Shown here: piece by piece, positions 24,864-32,661 of the stretch
Numbering within the stretch: the first letter of the stretch is position 1
Layout of the letters: each line of letters opens with the position of its first letter
IMG/VR virus record: IMGVR_UViG_3300036546_000268
Span: 1 to 32,661 of that record
Reading direction: 5' to 3' (one strand)
Source: a virus
Lineage: Duplodnaviria > Caudoviricetes
Length of the DNA stretch: 32,661 nt
Notes under the pieces: generated by a model
Told to the model about the DNA's origin: nothing
The model's database searches: none
Seen by the model: the letters and a program-made list of their open reading frames with translations, nothing else
Program-made: the position numbers and the translations under genes

Positions 24864-25563
24864 GTCTCTGTTCGTAATTTACCGAACATTAAAATTTGTT
24901 AAAATCTGAGCTTAAATTATACCTATAACTTAAGTAACCGGCTATCTTCACCCGCGACGAGAACAACATTAATAAGCTGACATCCTGGAACGTAGGGTAG
25001 CACCCCCTTTTGGATAATCAGAACGGGTATCATCTATCCCCCATAAAATTTTTCCAATTTTTTCCAAAATATTCCGTTATTTTCACTGTTATGAATAGCC
25101 TTTATGGTATAAAAAGTGTGGAATATACACGGATAAGGGCTGTTGTTTGGGTATTATTTTTATTGTTGGTGTAATCATATACGTTTTAATACCCGTGTCG
25201 CTTATTTCCCTTGCCTCTGTTGAACTTTTGCTATTGTTCCTATACGGATATACATTAGAGGTTAGAAAGTGTCTTAAATCGCCTTAAAATGGATTGTTTT
25301 ACATATGGTGTCTTTTCGGCTATAAAATCATCGTTAAGGAGTGTCATATTTGTGGATTAGTTTAAATATTTTAGTACGGTTGCAATTATATTGCCGCTAC
25401 GCTTATTTTTTTAAGCAAATAATTAAGATTTAGGATAGAGTAAAAACATTAGTATAATATTTTAAAGTAACAAATGATGATGATCTATGATATAATAGGA
25501 ATTTACTCTGTTTTTCGACATTCAAACGCTTTCCACACGCCTGTTTGTGTAATTTAAGTGGTA

Positions 25564-25659
25564 GTCATATGAAAAGTCAGTTTGACTGTCATATAAGAAG
25601 TCAGTTTGACTGTCATATAGAAAGTCAGTTTGATAGTCATATAAGATGACAGTTTCATA
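25564..25659. repeat. Four 24-bp iteron-like tandem repeats
   Basis: GTCATATnnnAAGTCAGTTTGACT-like unit x4 (fourth degenerate). Confidence 0.9.
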
Positions 25660-25684
25660 AAAAAGCATAATAATTCTAAATTCA

Positions 25685-25716
25685 CTTGCGCAATTCAAAT
25701 ATTATATGTATATTTG
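25685..25716 (+). promoter_or_regulatory. Bacteroidota promoter of the RepL-like genes
   Basis: CTTG-N20-TATATTTG. Confidence 0.7.
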
Positions 25717-25737
25717 TGCCATAATTATGAATAAAAT

Positions 25738-26130
25738 ATGCGAAAGCTTATTATAGTGGATAGAGATACTGGTGAAATAATCGATGATGGAAAATCTGTA
25801 AAATATAGCTGTTTTGTTCATACAGGCGGCATTGATTGGACGTCTATCGTAAATTTTAATCAATTAAAAGCGATGCATTTTATGGCGTGGAAAATGAATA
25901 ATGATGGAAGCATTCATCTTGTTGGTAAAAAGAAACAGGAATTAATGGAATATCTTGGGGTTGCCGAGCGGCAATATAACAGGATATTAAAGCAAATGAT
26001 GAGGCTTGATCTTATTCGAAGAATTTCTAATGGGGAGTATATGGTTAATCCATCTATTGTCTTCAGAGGCTCATCAAATAGGCTAAATTATTTTATAGAG
26101 AAATATAGTGAACAAAAACATCAAAAATAG
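25738..26130 (+). CDS. RepL-like winged-helix protein
   Basis: VDRDTGEI N-terminus; HTH; LIRRISNGEYMVNPSIVFRG. Confidence 0.7.
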   Translation: MRKLIIVDRDTGEIIDDGKSVKYSCFVHTGGIDWTSIVNFNQLKAMHFMAWKMNNDGSIHLVGKKKQELMEYLGVAERQYNRILKQMMRLDLIRRISNGEYMVNPSIVFRGSSNRLNYFIEKYSEQKHQK

Positions 26131-26136
26131 TGCATT

Positions 26137-26475
26137 ATGGAAACAGAAAAAGAAGAGACTTATTTAATATTTTGGTTTACAGGGGGCAAAGACCCACGAT
26201 TAAAGATGAAAAAGCGTGAATTTATGGTATATGTAGAGATGGCTTCGACCGCCGATAAAAACGGTAAGATAACACTCTCCCCCATGATTAAAAAAAAGAT
26301 AATGGATAATTGTGACATGTGTTTAAGAACATTCAGCTATGCCATTTCAGGCGTTGTTAAATCCGGATTAGTGAAAAAACTATCCGCACATGATTTCGTC
26401 CTAAACCCTAATTATACTACGTCTAATTCTTCTAATGATAGGGATATGCTTATCGAAGAATATGCCAAACTTTAA
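26137..26475 (+). CDS. RepL-like winged-helix protein (paralog)
   Basis: GLVKKLSAHDFVLNP. Confidence 0.6.
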   Translation: METEKEETYLIFWFTGGKDPRLKMKKREFMVYVEMASTADKNGKITLSPMIKKKIMDNCDMCLRTFSYAISGVVKSGLVKKLSAHDFVLNPNYTTSNSSNDRDMLIEEYAKL

Positions 26476-26608
26476 TAACAAACAGATGAATATAATATTT
26501 TGAATAATAGACGAAAAATGGCTAATTATACCAGAATTATTTGAATATTCTGGGCATTTTCTGTCAAAATGGGCAAAAAGGTAAAATTACAATAAATAAT
26601 AAACAAAT

Positions 26609-26836
26609 ATGGCTATAAGCACAAGACTATCGTTTAAGCCTGAATGGGTTGCTGAAAGATCAAACGATTTTACCTGCAAGAGGTGTGGAGAGGAGTTCCG
26701 TATTGGAGTTGTGGATGTGTATCGCCTATGGGTGCTCGGATATAGGGATGACAAGGCAATTTCCGGTACAAAGACCGACACCGTTATCTGTGAAAATTGT
26801 TATGATGATGTAAAATTGGAACGACATGGAGATTAA
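26609..26836 (+). CDS. Small zinc-finger protein
   Basis: CKRC...CENC. Confidence 0.7.
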   Translation: MAISTRLSFKPEWVAERSNDFTCKRCGEEFRIGVVDVYRLWVLGYRDDKAISGTKTDTVICENCYDDVKLERHGD

Positions 26837-27116
26837 ATCAAACACAGAATTAGATAACGGCCATTTGAGGGATACAAACTTTAAAGCCGAAAAAGACGGA
26901 ATGGATCTGGTGTTCTCCGTAACAGTCGATATTGACTACAAGGTGTACCGGCCGGATTACGACAGCCCACCAGAATATGAGGTCAAACATAGATATATCT
27001 ACGCAATATTAAAAGAAGTGTGGAGTGGTGGGGAAAAAATAAGGCTCCATGCTAAAGAAGAGGTAAAGCTTGAGGAAGAGCTTGAGAAGCAGTTAGAAAA
27101 GTTATATCACGATTAA
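26826..27116 (+). CDS. Hypothetical protein
   Basis: Overlapping ORF. Confidence 0.75.
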   Translation: MEIKSNTELDNGHLRDTNFKAEKDGMDLVFSVTVDIDYKVYRPDYDSPPEYEVKHRYIYAILKEVWSGGEKIRLHAKEEVKLEEELEKQLEKLYHD

Positions 27117-27128
27117 AAAACAACGAAA

Positions 27129-27419
27129 ATGGAAACAAAAAAACCTACGAAAGAAATGAAGACTCAAATGGACGTATTTATGGCACAAGCAGCTTACTAT
27201 CAAAAAGGGCTGCACGAGATTGTCCAGGCGTATCGCGAAAAAGGATTAGACGTCGCTGGAATGTCTATTGTTCACTGTGGATCTACTCCAGGAAAAACAA
27301 GGGTCGGTCGTTCCATTTTAGCTGATCCAGCAGATGTGTTATCGATGTTAGACGATATTAATAAGGCCTTTCCTGGAATAATAAAAATGTATGTATTGAA
27401 AAACAAAATAGAGAAATAA
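27129..27419 (+). CDS. Hypothetical protein
   Basis: AT-rich leader. Confidence 0.75.
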   Translation: METKKPTKEMKTQMDVFMAQAAYYQKGLHEIVQAYREKGLDVAGMSIVHCGSTPGKTRVGRSILADPADVLSMLDDINKAFPGIIKMYVLKNKIEK

Positions 27420-27445
27420 GTTAAAAACGATAATTGCAGAAAAAA

Positions 27446-27880
27446 ATGACAAAAAGGGAAATGGTATATAATAAATTCGGCGGACTTTGTGCCTATACTG
27501 GTAAACCGTTGGATGATGACTGGCAAGTTGATCACATAAACAGTAAGATAAAGCACTGGTACGATACCGTACACTCAACTCCACATGTTGGAACGATAGA
27601 AGAGTATAAGAGAGAGTTCAACAAGAGGTTAAAAGATGGTGATAATATTGACAATCTTTTACCGGCTCTTCGGATCGTAAATCATTACAAACGCTCATTA
27701 GATTTAGAGGGATTCCGGAGCAGGATGATAAACTTCCATAAGAGGCTTTCAAAGCTTCCTAAGAATCCCGTTAGTGAACAGTCTATACGGAGGAAAGAAT
27801 ATATGCACCGCGTAGCTGATGCGTTCGGCATAACACCTGATAAACCATTTACCGGTAAATTTTATTTTGAAACGATTTGA
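27446..27880 (+). CDS. HNH endonuclease
   Basis: GGLCAYTG, WQVDH, NLLPA...NHYK. Confidence 0.85.
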   Translation: MTKREMVYNKFGGLCAYTGKPLDDDWQVDHINSKIKHWYDTVHSTPHVGTIEEYKREFNKRLKDGDNIDNLLPALRIVNHYKRSLDLEGFRSRMINFHKRLSKLPKNPVSEQSIRRKEYMHRVADAFGITPDKPFTGKFYFETI

Positions 27881-27900
27881 AAAATTTAAAAATAAAAATT

Positions 27901-28155
27901 ATGACTTACAGACAGCTTAAACAAAAGATTGAATCGATGCCGGAAGTATGGCTAGATGCAGATGTTCAGGTTATGGGAGAACGAACTCCGGCTACATCCG
28001 CTTATTTGGATAAAGTTGATGATGACATGTTTTGTCTCATTGACTGTGACGAGGTCTATTTCAGGAGTGATCTTAGTAGTGAAGAGATTGACGACGAAGA
28101 AAAATTCGGACTTATCGCAAATAAAGGAGATTACTTTATATTTTTAGATGAATAA
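27901..28155 (+). CDS. Hypothetical protein
   Basis: MTYRQLK start. Confidence 0.75.
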   Translation: MTYRQLKQKIESMPEVWLDADVQVMGERTPATSAYLDKVDDDMFCLIDCDEVYFRSDLSSEEIDDEEKFGLIANKGDYFIFLDE

Positions 28156-28181
28156 TAAAATAATTAAACAACAAAAAGATT

Positions 28182-28373
28182 ATGACAACAATACAAGTAG
28201 TTAAAATTATGAGAGAAAAAAATTCAAAGTGGGAAAAGGCACTTGAGTTAAACATTGACCAATTTGATGCGATCAATCGAATCTATGATGAAAATGGATT
28301 TGAAATTGATGAATTTTATGACATCAAACGGCCAAAGAACAATGAATTAATTGATATCCCGTCTTTTCCTTAA
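28182..28373 (+). CDS. Hypothetical protein
   Basis: AT-rich leader. Confidence 0.65.
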   Translation: MTTIQVVKIMREKNSKWEKALELNIDQFDAINRIYDENGFEIDEFYDIKRPKNNELIDIPSFP

Positions 28374-28420
28374 AATTGGAGGTAACGCAGTATTTACAAA
28401 TGTTTAATAAAAACCAGCTT

Positions 28421-28576
28421 ATGAAATATTTAATAATAGACAACGGTGAGGCGTTTTTCACGCACTGGTTTGATATCGATTATGTAAGAGAAGGAATGAT
28501 AGTTGTCGATCTGATAAATGATTTAATCAGTTTCGACGGGTTTACATGGATACAAATTGAGGAAGATTCTTTATAA
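28421..28576 (+). CDS. Hypothetical protein
   Basis: MKYLII...WIQIEED. Confidence 0.65.
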   Translation: MKYLIIDNGEAFFTHWFDIDYVREGMIVVDLINDLISFDGFTWIQIEEDSL

Positions 28577-28588
28577 TTAAAACAGAAA

Positions 28589-28774
28589 ATGATGTGGGGA
28601 GACGACAATAGCGACAACAGCGGATATATAGTGCGTCACACTAACGGAAAAACCGGACGCACGTATCATAGGAACGGACTGATAAACGGGAAGGTTCCTG
28701 TTTATTTTGATGGCGAAAAAACTGCTGTACTTTGCAGTGCAGAAAAACTAAATGTTATAGGATTAATAGATTAA
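28589..28774 (+). CDS. Hypothetical protein
   Basis: GRTYH...INGKVPVYF. Confidence 0.7.
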   Translation: MMWGDDNSDNSGYIVRHTNGKTGRTYHRNGLINGKVPVYFDGEKTAVLCSAEKLNVIGLID

Positions 28775-28800
28775 TAACAAAAACAAAAGAGGATAAAATT

Positions 28801-29157
28801 GTGAACAAATTAAGAGATGAAATTCACGAAAATGCAAGGGCAAAAGGGTTCTACGATAATGAGAGAGAAATAGGTACTCTTTTGATGCTGATTGTTTCGG
28901 AGATTGCAGAAGCAATGGAGGCAGACAGAAAATGTTACAGGGCAACAAAGATAGATTTTGTAGAAAAGCAAGAAGGCGAGTCATTCGTTAATCACTTTAG
29001 AGACAAGGTGAAAGATACATTTGAAGACGAACTGGCGGATACTATTATTCGTGTGCTTGACCTTTGCGGATATATGGATATTGACATCGATAAGCACGTC
29101 GCACTGAAGATGAGATATAATAAAGAGAGGGAAAAAATGCACGGAAAAAGATATTAA
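28801..29157 (+). CDS. MazG-like NTP pyrophosphohydrolase
   Basis: LIVSEIAEAMEA, EDELAD, KMRYNKER..HGK. Confidence 0.85.
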   Translation: MNKLRDEIHENARAKGFYDNEREIGTLLMLIVSEIAEAMEADRKCYRATKIDFVEKQEGESFVNHFRDKVKDTFEDELADTIIRVLDLCGYMDIDIDKHVALKMRYNKEREKMHGKRY

Positions 29158-29158
29158 G

Positions 29159-29344
29159 ATGGAAACAGCAGATATTAAAAGACTTGGTTTAATTTTAGCT
29201 ATTCAGGCTGAAATAGAGGGAATGAAAGTTGAAAATGAAATCATAAAAATGAAAGGTGATTTACCTGTTTATAGAGAGGATAGTTTTTTCCAACTTAGTA
29301 TAAATTTAAGAGATATTATTCATAAGAAAGATGAAGAACTATGA
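29159..29344 (+). CDS. Hypothetical protein
   Basis: Coupled ORF. Confidence 0.7.
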   Translation: METADIKRLGLILAIQAEIEGMKVENEIIKMKGDLPVYREDSFFQLSINLRDIIHKKDEEL

Positions 29345-29550
29345 AAACAGCAGAAGAGATTGAACAACTGGCAGCCAAACTGTATCCGGACGTATCGTTC
29401 AAAAAAGACGTCGAATCAGAAGATACATTCAGGACGAATGAAATAAGGCGCATAGAAAGGCTTGCCTTTGCTGAAGGATACAAGCAAGGGTATGATTATG
29501 GCTACGAGATAGGGAAAAAGGCTTGGCATAGAGATGGTTATAAAAAATGA
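29341..29550 (+). CDS. Hypothetical protein
   Basis: ATGA overlap; N-terminus shared with 30205. Confidence 0.7.
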   Translation: MKTAEEIEQLAAKLYPDVSFKKDVESEDTFRTNEIRRIERLAFAEGYKQGYDYGYEIGKKAWHRDGYKK

Positions 29551-29581
29551 TTACTTTATTAATTTAAACAATAAATGGACA

Positions 29582-29863
29582 ATGGGATTTGACCAGGATT
29601 TATACAACGGATATAAGGAAATAGTATCAACATTTGTTAGAAACATGCCTTTCCTGTACAATGGCGAACCGTTAGACTGGATAATGGCGGATGTTGGGAT
29701 GATGAAAGATTTAATGGATAGTGGGGATTACGAAGCAATGAAAGCGATAAAGGATTCTATTTCAGAATACATGAAAGAAACTTTTAAAGATTTTCTTACT
29801 GAAAAAGAAATAGATGATTTTGTTGAAAAGAGTATAGACAAAGAATTAAAAAACAAATTATAA
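29582..29863 (+). CDS. Hypothetical protein
   Basis: ATG at 29582 after AT-rich leader. Confidence 0.7.
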   Translation: MGFDQDLYNGYKEIVSTFVRNMPFLYNGEPLDWIMADVGMMKDLMDSGDYEAMKAIKDSISEYMKETFKDFLTEKEIDDFVEKSIDKELKNKL

Positions 29864-29878
29864 TTAAAAAAACAGAAT

Positions 29879-30208
29879 ATGAAAAACAGGGAGTGTGTAA
29901 CTACAAATGGACGAGCAGTTTTCTATGCAGCTATGTGGCCTGATTTAAGGGATGCTGCAATGGATAAAGGGTGGGCGTTAGCCTTGCATGGAAGTCTTAT
30001 AAGTGACATGGATATAATGGCAATGCCTTGGACTGACAAGGCCTCATCTGCAAATGATATGGTGGAGGCATTAAGAAACTGCTTCACAGATGCAGAGTGT
30101 ATAGAAATCCAGGTATCTGATATGCCAAATAACAGACAAGTAATTACACTTTCAATTTGGGAAGATTTCTATCTGGATATAAGTATAAGTAAAACAAACC
30201 TATTATGA
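29879..30208 (+). CDS. Hypothetical protein with nucleotidyltransferase-like GS-x3-DxD motif
   Basis: ALHGSLISDMDIMAMPW. Confidence 0.7.
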   Translation: MKNRECVTTNGRAVFYAAMWPDLRDAAMDKGWALALHGSLISDMDIMAMPWTDKASSANDMVEALRNCFTDAECIEIQVSDMPNNRQVITLSIWEDFYLDISISKTNLL

Positions 30209-30468
30209 AACCAACAGAAGAGATTGAGAAATTGGCAAACAAATTATATCCCGGCGCTTCATTTGAAGAGGATTACGATCTTGATGACGATCTGTTAGGT
30301 TGTTGCCCTAAATGCGGAAGGTATTACGATGAAATTGGAGCCGATTTACAATACTGCAAAGCATGTGGGTGGGATGCAGAAAATAAAAAATTTGATAAAC
30401 CAATAAAGCCAACGGATGATGATTTTATGGCGGGAGAAGCAGATATACTAACAGGAAAATGGAATTGA
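30205..30468 (+). CDS. Zinc-finger protein
   Basis: CPKCG...CKACG. Confidence 0.7.
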   Translation: MKPTEEIEKLANKLYPGASFEEDYDLDDDLLGCCPKCGRYYDEIGADLQYCKACGWDAENKKFDKPIKPTDDDFMAGEADILTGKWN

Positions 30469-30470
30469 TT

Positions 30471-30866
30471 ATGACAGCAGAAGAAAAGGCAAAAGAATAT
30501 GCTGATTCAATACACCCAGCATATGTGCCAGAAACAATAGTCGAAAATACTGTATTAGATTTAAATAAATTTGCTCAGACTGATTATTTAGCCGGATATA
30601 ATGAGGCTAAAAGATGGATAAACACAGAAGAGGAGCTACCTCCGATCCTTCCAAACCTCAATTACAGCGCACCTGTGTTAGCTAAGGTGAAAGATAGTAC
30701 TGACTTGCAGGTTATGTGCCTGCTGTTAGTCGCTGATGGTGATGATGAAGATGATGATTTGGAATATTCGTATTCATATTCTTGGGGAAATTGCTATGGA
30801 AATATCAACGGCGATCCTTACTGGGATGATGCGTACGAGGTTATCGCCTGGAAACCAATAGAATAA
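30471..30866 (+). CDS. DUF551-like protein
   Basis: WINTEEELP...VIAWKPI. Confidence 0.7.
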   Translation: MTAEEKAKEYADSIHPAYVPETIVENTVLDLNKFAQTDYLAGYNEAKRWINTEEELPPILPNLNYSAPVLAKVKDSTDLQVMCLLLVADGDDEDDDLEYSYSYSWGNCYGNINGDPYWDDAYEVIAWKPIE

Positions 30867-30884
30867 ACATTAAAATAAACAAAT

Positions 30885-31346
30885 ATGGAAACAATAGAAA
30901 TCAGTATTGAAAGATTGAGAGCAGCATACAAAAATTCAACACCGGAGATGAAAAAATTTCTGGAATATACTTTCGGAGAGAAATGTTTTCCAGAAAATGA
31001 GAAGAGTAAAAATAATAATGACAAAACAAACATACACAAACAAAAGGAGGGACAACAAATGAGTAAACAACAGATGAACAAAGAATTTGAATATAGAGGA
31101 TTTAGGTTTAACATTAAGGTTGAGCTTAACTCAAGAGTCGAGAAAAGTTTGAATGGTAATCGGTGGCATACGGTTATTCTTAATTGTATGGGCGGTGATA
31201 ATTTTTATATAAAAGAAGAAATTCCTGATGATGAACTTGTTTCTTATGTAACAAAATGCGAAAGATTTGCAAAAGAGTATGTAGATGGGAAATTAGATGG
31301 AGAGCAACCATATGATGAAAGATTAACTGAGCTTGGTTTTAAATAA
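30885..31346 (+). CDS. Hypothetical protein, possibly two fused genes
   Basis: 153 aa with a low-complexity linker before an internal Met. Confidence 0.7.
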   Translation: METIEISIERLRAAYKNSTPEMKKFLEYTFGEKCFPENEKSKNNNDKTNIHKQKEGQQMSKQQMNKEFEYRGFRFNIKVELNSRVEKSLNGNRWHTVILNCMGGDNFYIKEEIPDDELVSYVTKCERFAKEYVDGKLDGEQPYDERLTELGFK

Positions 31347-31355
31347 ATTACAATT

Positions 31356-31685
31356 ATGAAGATAGAGGAAGAAAGACTCGGGTCAGCAATAAAATTAGCA
31401 AACGAACTGGCGGTTAAAGAAGGTCTTCAAACTGTAGGTTACCCGGAATACTGGTATAAGTTTTCAGCATATACACTATCAACTGATGTTGAAGATGCGG
31501 GAAGATTGTATCTGATTCTAAAATATGGTTGCAGGCACAAGTGGACAAAAGGAACAACCTTGTATATTGATCTCTCTAATTTTAGAGTAGTACAGGGATG
31601 GAATGATGATTGCGATACTGATGAGCATAACCGCATGAAACAGATCGCTAATAAGGTTATGGAATATCTTAAAGAGATAGAGTGA
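31356..31685 (+). CDS. Hypothetical protein
   Basis: ORF in operon. Confidence 0.75.
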   Translation: MKIEEERLGSAIKLANELAVKEGLQTVGYPEYWYKFSAYTLSTDVEDAGRLYLILKYGCRHKWTKGTTLYIDLSNFRVVQGWNDDCDTDEHNRMKQIANKVMEYLKEIE

Positions 31686-31704
31686 AATATTAAAATAAAT
31701 CGAA

Positions 31705-31899
31705 ATGGATAGAAAACAGGAAATATTTACTGTGATAACCGATATCATAGAAGAGAAAAAGCGAACCAGTATATATCCGCCAATAGCAACAATTGAAGAA
31801 ATTGCTGAGAAAACAGAAAACTATGTTCCTATTTTAGACTTTGGAATATTAAAGGCTTATGACCTAATGAATAATAAATTTAAAATGTCAGATAAATAA
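31705..31899 (+). CDS. Hypothetical protein
   Basis: N-terminus similar to 5314-5541. Confidence 0.65.
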   Translation: MDRKQEIFTVITDIIEEKKRTSIYPPIATIEEIAEKTENYVPILDFGILKAYDLMNNKFKMSDK

Positions 31900-31901
31900 C
31901 T

Positions 31902-32225
31902 ATGGCACTATTTATATGCGAGAATTGCGGGTGCATTGAGAACACGGCACTTGGTTTTTACTGGGGAAGGGAATTTGTTAAGTTTAAGGATGAATCAATG
32001 GACGGAAAAGCCCTTTGCTCCGAGTGTGCACCTTCTCACTTTGCTGACGGGACGCGTGCGGGAAGGTGCGTATGGCATGGGAGGTTTGAGAAAGTGAAGT
32101 TTGATCCGCTTATACATAAATTTGAGGATTATGTAAACGGAGAGCAGATAAAGAAACAATTACAAAAGGAAGCTCTTGTTGACATGATGAAAAAAGATGA
32201 GGAGTTGGGGTTATATAGAGAATAA
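31902..32225 (+). CDS. Cys-rich hypothetical protein
   Basis: CENCGCIENTA...LCSEC...WHGRF. Confidence 0.8.
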   Translation: MALFICENCGCIENTALGFYWGREFVKFKDESMDGKALCSECAPSHFADGTRAGRCVWHGRFEKVKFDPLIHKFEDYVNGEQIKKQLQKEALVDMMKKDEELGLYRE

Positions 32226-32256
32226 AAAAGGCGGGGAACTAATCCTCGCCTCTTTT
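32224..32256. terminator. Bidirectional intrinsic terminator
   Basis: A-tract, AGGCGGGGA/TCCTCGCCT stem, T-tract, between convergent genes. Confidence 0.85.
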
Positions 32257-32272
32257 ACGCTATTCGCATCTG

Positions 32273-32656
32273 TTATTTCTTCCACTTTTTCGCTTCTTCA
32301 CAGCACCCGGCAATCCACCCGAGAACATATTCAAACGGTTCATGTTCTTTAATATCCGCTCCAATGTGTTCAAAAAGATGTTTTGCTGCATGTGATGATT
32401 CGTGAGCAACAATCTCGAAAGTCATGCTCTTCTTGTTTGGAAAAAATAATACAGCCCCGTATTTATGCTTGTCTTTGCTTTGAACACAAGCCGTAAACGC
32501 ATCAGTTTTGTTCATATATCCAGCTTCAAGATTAAGAGGATACCCATCGTAATCTTTGAATTTTTCAGCTATGATATCCGGTGTTTTGTTGATCACGATC
32601 CATATTTTGAATGGATATATGACCGGGTCAAACTCGTGTACGATTGCTTCTTTCAT
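32273..32656 (-). CDS. HExxH-motif protein
   Basis: IVAHESSHAA...EPFEY. Confidence 0.75.
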   Translation of the reverse strand: MKEAIVHEFDPVIYPFKIWIVINKTPDIIAEKFKDYDGYPLNLEAGYMNKTDAFTACVQSKDKHKYGAVLFFPNKKSMTFEIVAHESSHAAKHLFEHIGADIKEHEPFEYVLGWIAGCCEEAKKWKK

Positions 32657-32661
32657 ATTGA

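Noticed and set aside
1-32661. Stop-codon reassignment
   Set aside because: Long genes are intact under code 11, and TAA, TGA and TAG all end well-packed genes

Overview
Fragment of a dsDNA bacteriophage or prophage, probably infecting Bacteroidota (TTTG-N19/20-TAnnTTTG promoters, AT-rich leaders without Shine-Dalgarno sites, standard genetic code). Layout: (i) 1-890 is a non-coding RNA cluster with a tRNA-like RNA carrying a very large variable arm, two tandem copies of a ~165-nt pseudoknotted RNA whose stems covary, a further structured element and tRNA-Thr(TGT). (ii) 926-18283 is a rightward recombination, replication and nucleotide-metabolism module: a homing endonuclease that shares the ERF N-terminus, ERF, exonuclease, SSB-like protein, RNA ligase, an antisense solo tnpB, primase-helicase, DNA methyltransferase, a DUF5664-HAD fusion, a RuvC-like resolvase and three DnaA-domain-IV-like proteins. 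(iii) 18638-24454 is a leftward module with a tyrosine recombinase, a motor-only FtsK-like ATPase, a Com-like zinc finger and small genes, interspersed with 25-bp-phased 17-bp sites. (iv) 24455-25737 is a divergent non-coding region with 13-, 19- and 24-bp tandem repeats ahead of two RepL-like genes. (v) 26609-32225 holds small accessory genes (HNH, MazG-like). The best candidate for an undescribed system is the structured RNA cluster at 32-566. All family assignments come from motif recognition by eye; no database searches or folding programs were run.
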